NCBI GenBank assembly: GCA_030390025.1
Contig: CM059433.1
Coordinates: forward strand, 25,174,001 to 25,238,000
Reading direction: 5' to 3'
Length of the DNA: 64,000 nucleotides
Origin: Squalus acanthias
Lineage: Eukaryota
Position 1 is the first letter of the stretch. The number at the start of each line of letters is the position of its first letter. Positions 63,116-64,000 of this stretch are shown here, piece by piece. The translations under genes were made by a program, and so were the position numbers. The notes beneath the pieces are model-generated. The model was not told the origin of the DNA, did not search any database, and worked only from the letters and a program-made list of their open reading frames with translations.

Positions 63116-63584
63116 AATAACGGGCGTGGTGTGTAACAGCAATTTTTGTCTGATTATCCTGCCGTGAAGAGCCTTGGGATGTTTCACTATGCTAAAGGTG
63201 CAATATAAATGAAAAAATGCAAGTTGTTGTTGTGTCCATCTGAGCAATGAAGCAATGCTTGAAAAACGATGTAAAAAACTTTGTTAACTGGTCCCACAGT
63301 TGCTTTGACCACGTTTTGCTGCATAGAATGTGAGTGCTATAGTTACCCCTACTGGCACTCACTGTGAGCAGGATTCTATACTCCTCTGTTGACTTCTTAA
63401 ATAAGTTTTAAAGAATGGGATTACATTAAATCTAAATCTCCCTAAAGTAATGCCATTACGCCAGGAATACCCAATCTATCAAACTAACACGGCACTTGTG
63501 CAGACTGAGAGTCTTTCTCCTATATACAGAAGTCTTTTACCAACTGCTACAGTGGATCTCTCTCTCTTTATGAATCCATGTTTA

Positions 63585-64000
63585 CTGGCCTGGATTGGAC
63601 CGTGATCTTGAACCACTTGATCATGAACACATGCATGAGTTTGACTCAGGTCAGACTTCAACAACTGAAGCACCAAGTTCAACCAAGTCTGAGATAGAAA
63701 CAGGATCATCTTTGAGTTCGGAACCAAAACAAAACAGCCTGCAAATTGGTTCAACAGCAAAACCTTCTTTAAGGAGATCAGGAAGGCTCGGCAAACCTGT
63801 TATTAAACTGGATTTGTCGTTCAGTTGTAGGATTTGTAGTTCATTTATAGCATTTGTAGTTGATTTTAAAGAAAAAAAGCCAGGAGCTTTTGTTATGTAG
63901 TACATGTAAAGCTGGGAAAGGTGGGACCATAGTTTTGTTGTATTTGAGAGGGGAATATGTAAATTTTTTAAGGGGAAAGCAGTTTAATGCATTATCACAT
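63585..64000 (+). mobile_element. Gypsy LTR-retrotransposon 3' end
   Basis: S/T/E-rich linker then LRRSGRLGKPVIKLDL (typical Gypsy integrase tail); polypurine tract AAGGGGAAAG at about 63970. Confidence 0.6.

Overview
Vertebrate, very probably shark/cartilaginous-fish genomic DNA, inferred from the repeat set: CR1 and L2 LINEs, a SacSINE1-like DeuSINE and two Penelope families. It is almost entirely nested transposons and I find no supportable host gene. The centrepiece is a degenerate but structurally complete endogenous retrovirus at 36840-54049 (about 9.6 kb once later insertions are removed). It has TG..CA LTRs, a tRNA-Arg PBS, a coiled-coil gag with two zinc knuckles, an in-frame UGA-CGG gag/pol junction, PR-RT-tether-RNaseH-IN, and a probably spliced env with a furin site, fusion peptide and heptad region that looks Mononegavirales-F-like. 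These traits suggest a lokiretrovirus-type element. Both LTRs carry captured host SINE and L2 DNA. A second LTR+gag fragment of the same type lies at 29144-31010. A young full-ORF Penelope element (RT YIDD mutated to YIND, GIY-YIG, hammerhead motifs, 1.3-kb inverted arm, 12-bp TSD) sits in the env tail. Also present are a rearranged second-family Penelope, several Penelope mini-palindromes, a degenerate two-gene PIF/Harbinger element with many MITEs, CR1/L2 fragments and a Gypsy 3' end. All family calls come from motif recognition by eye; no database search was run.
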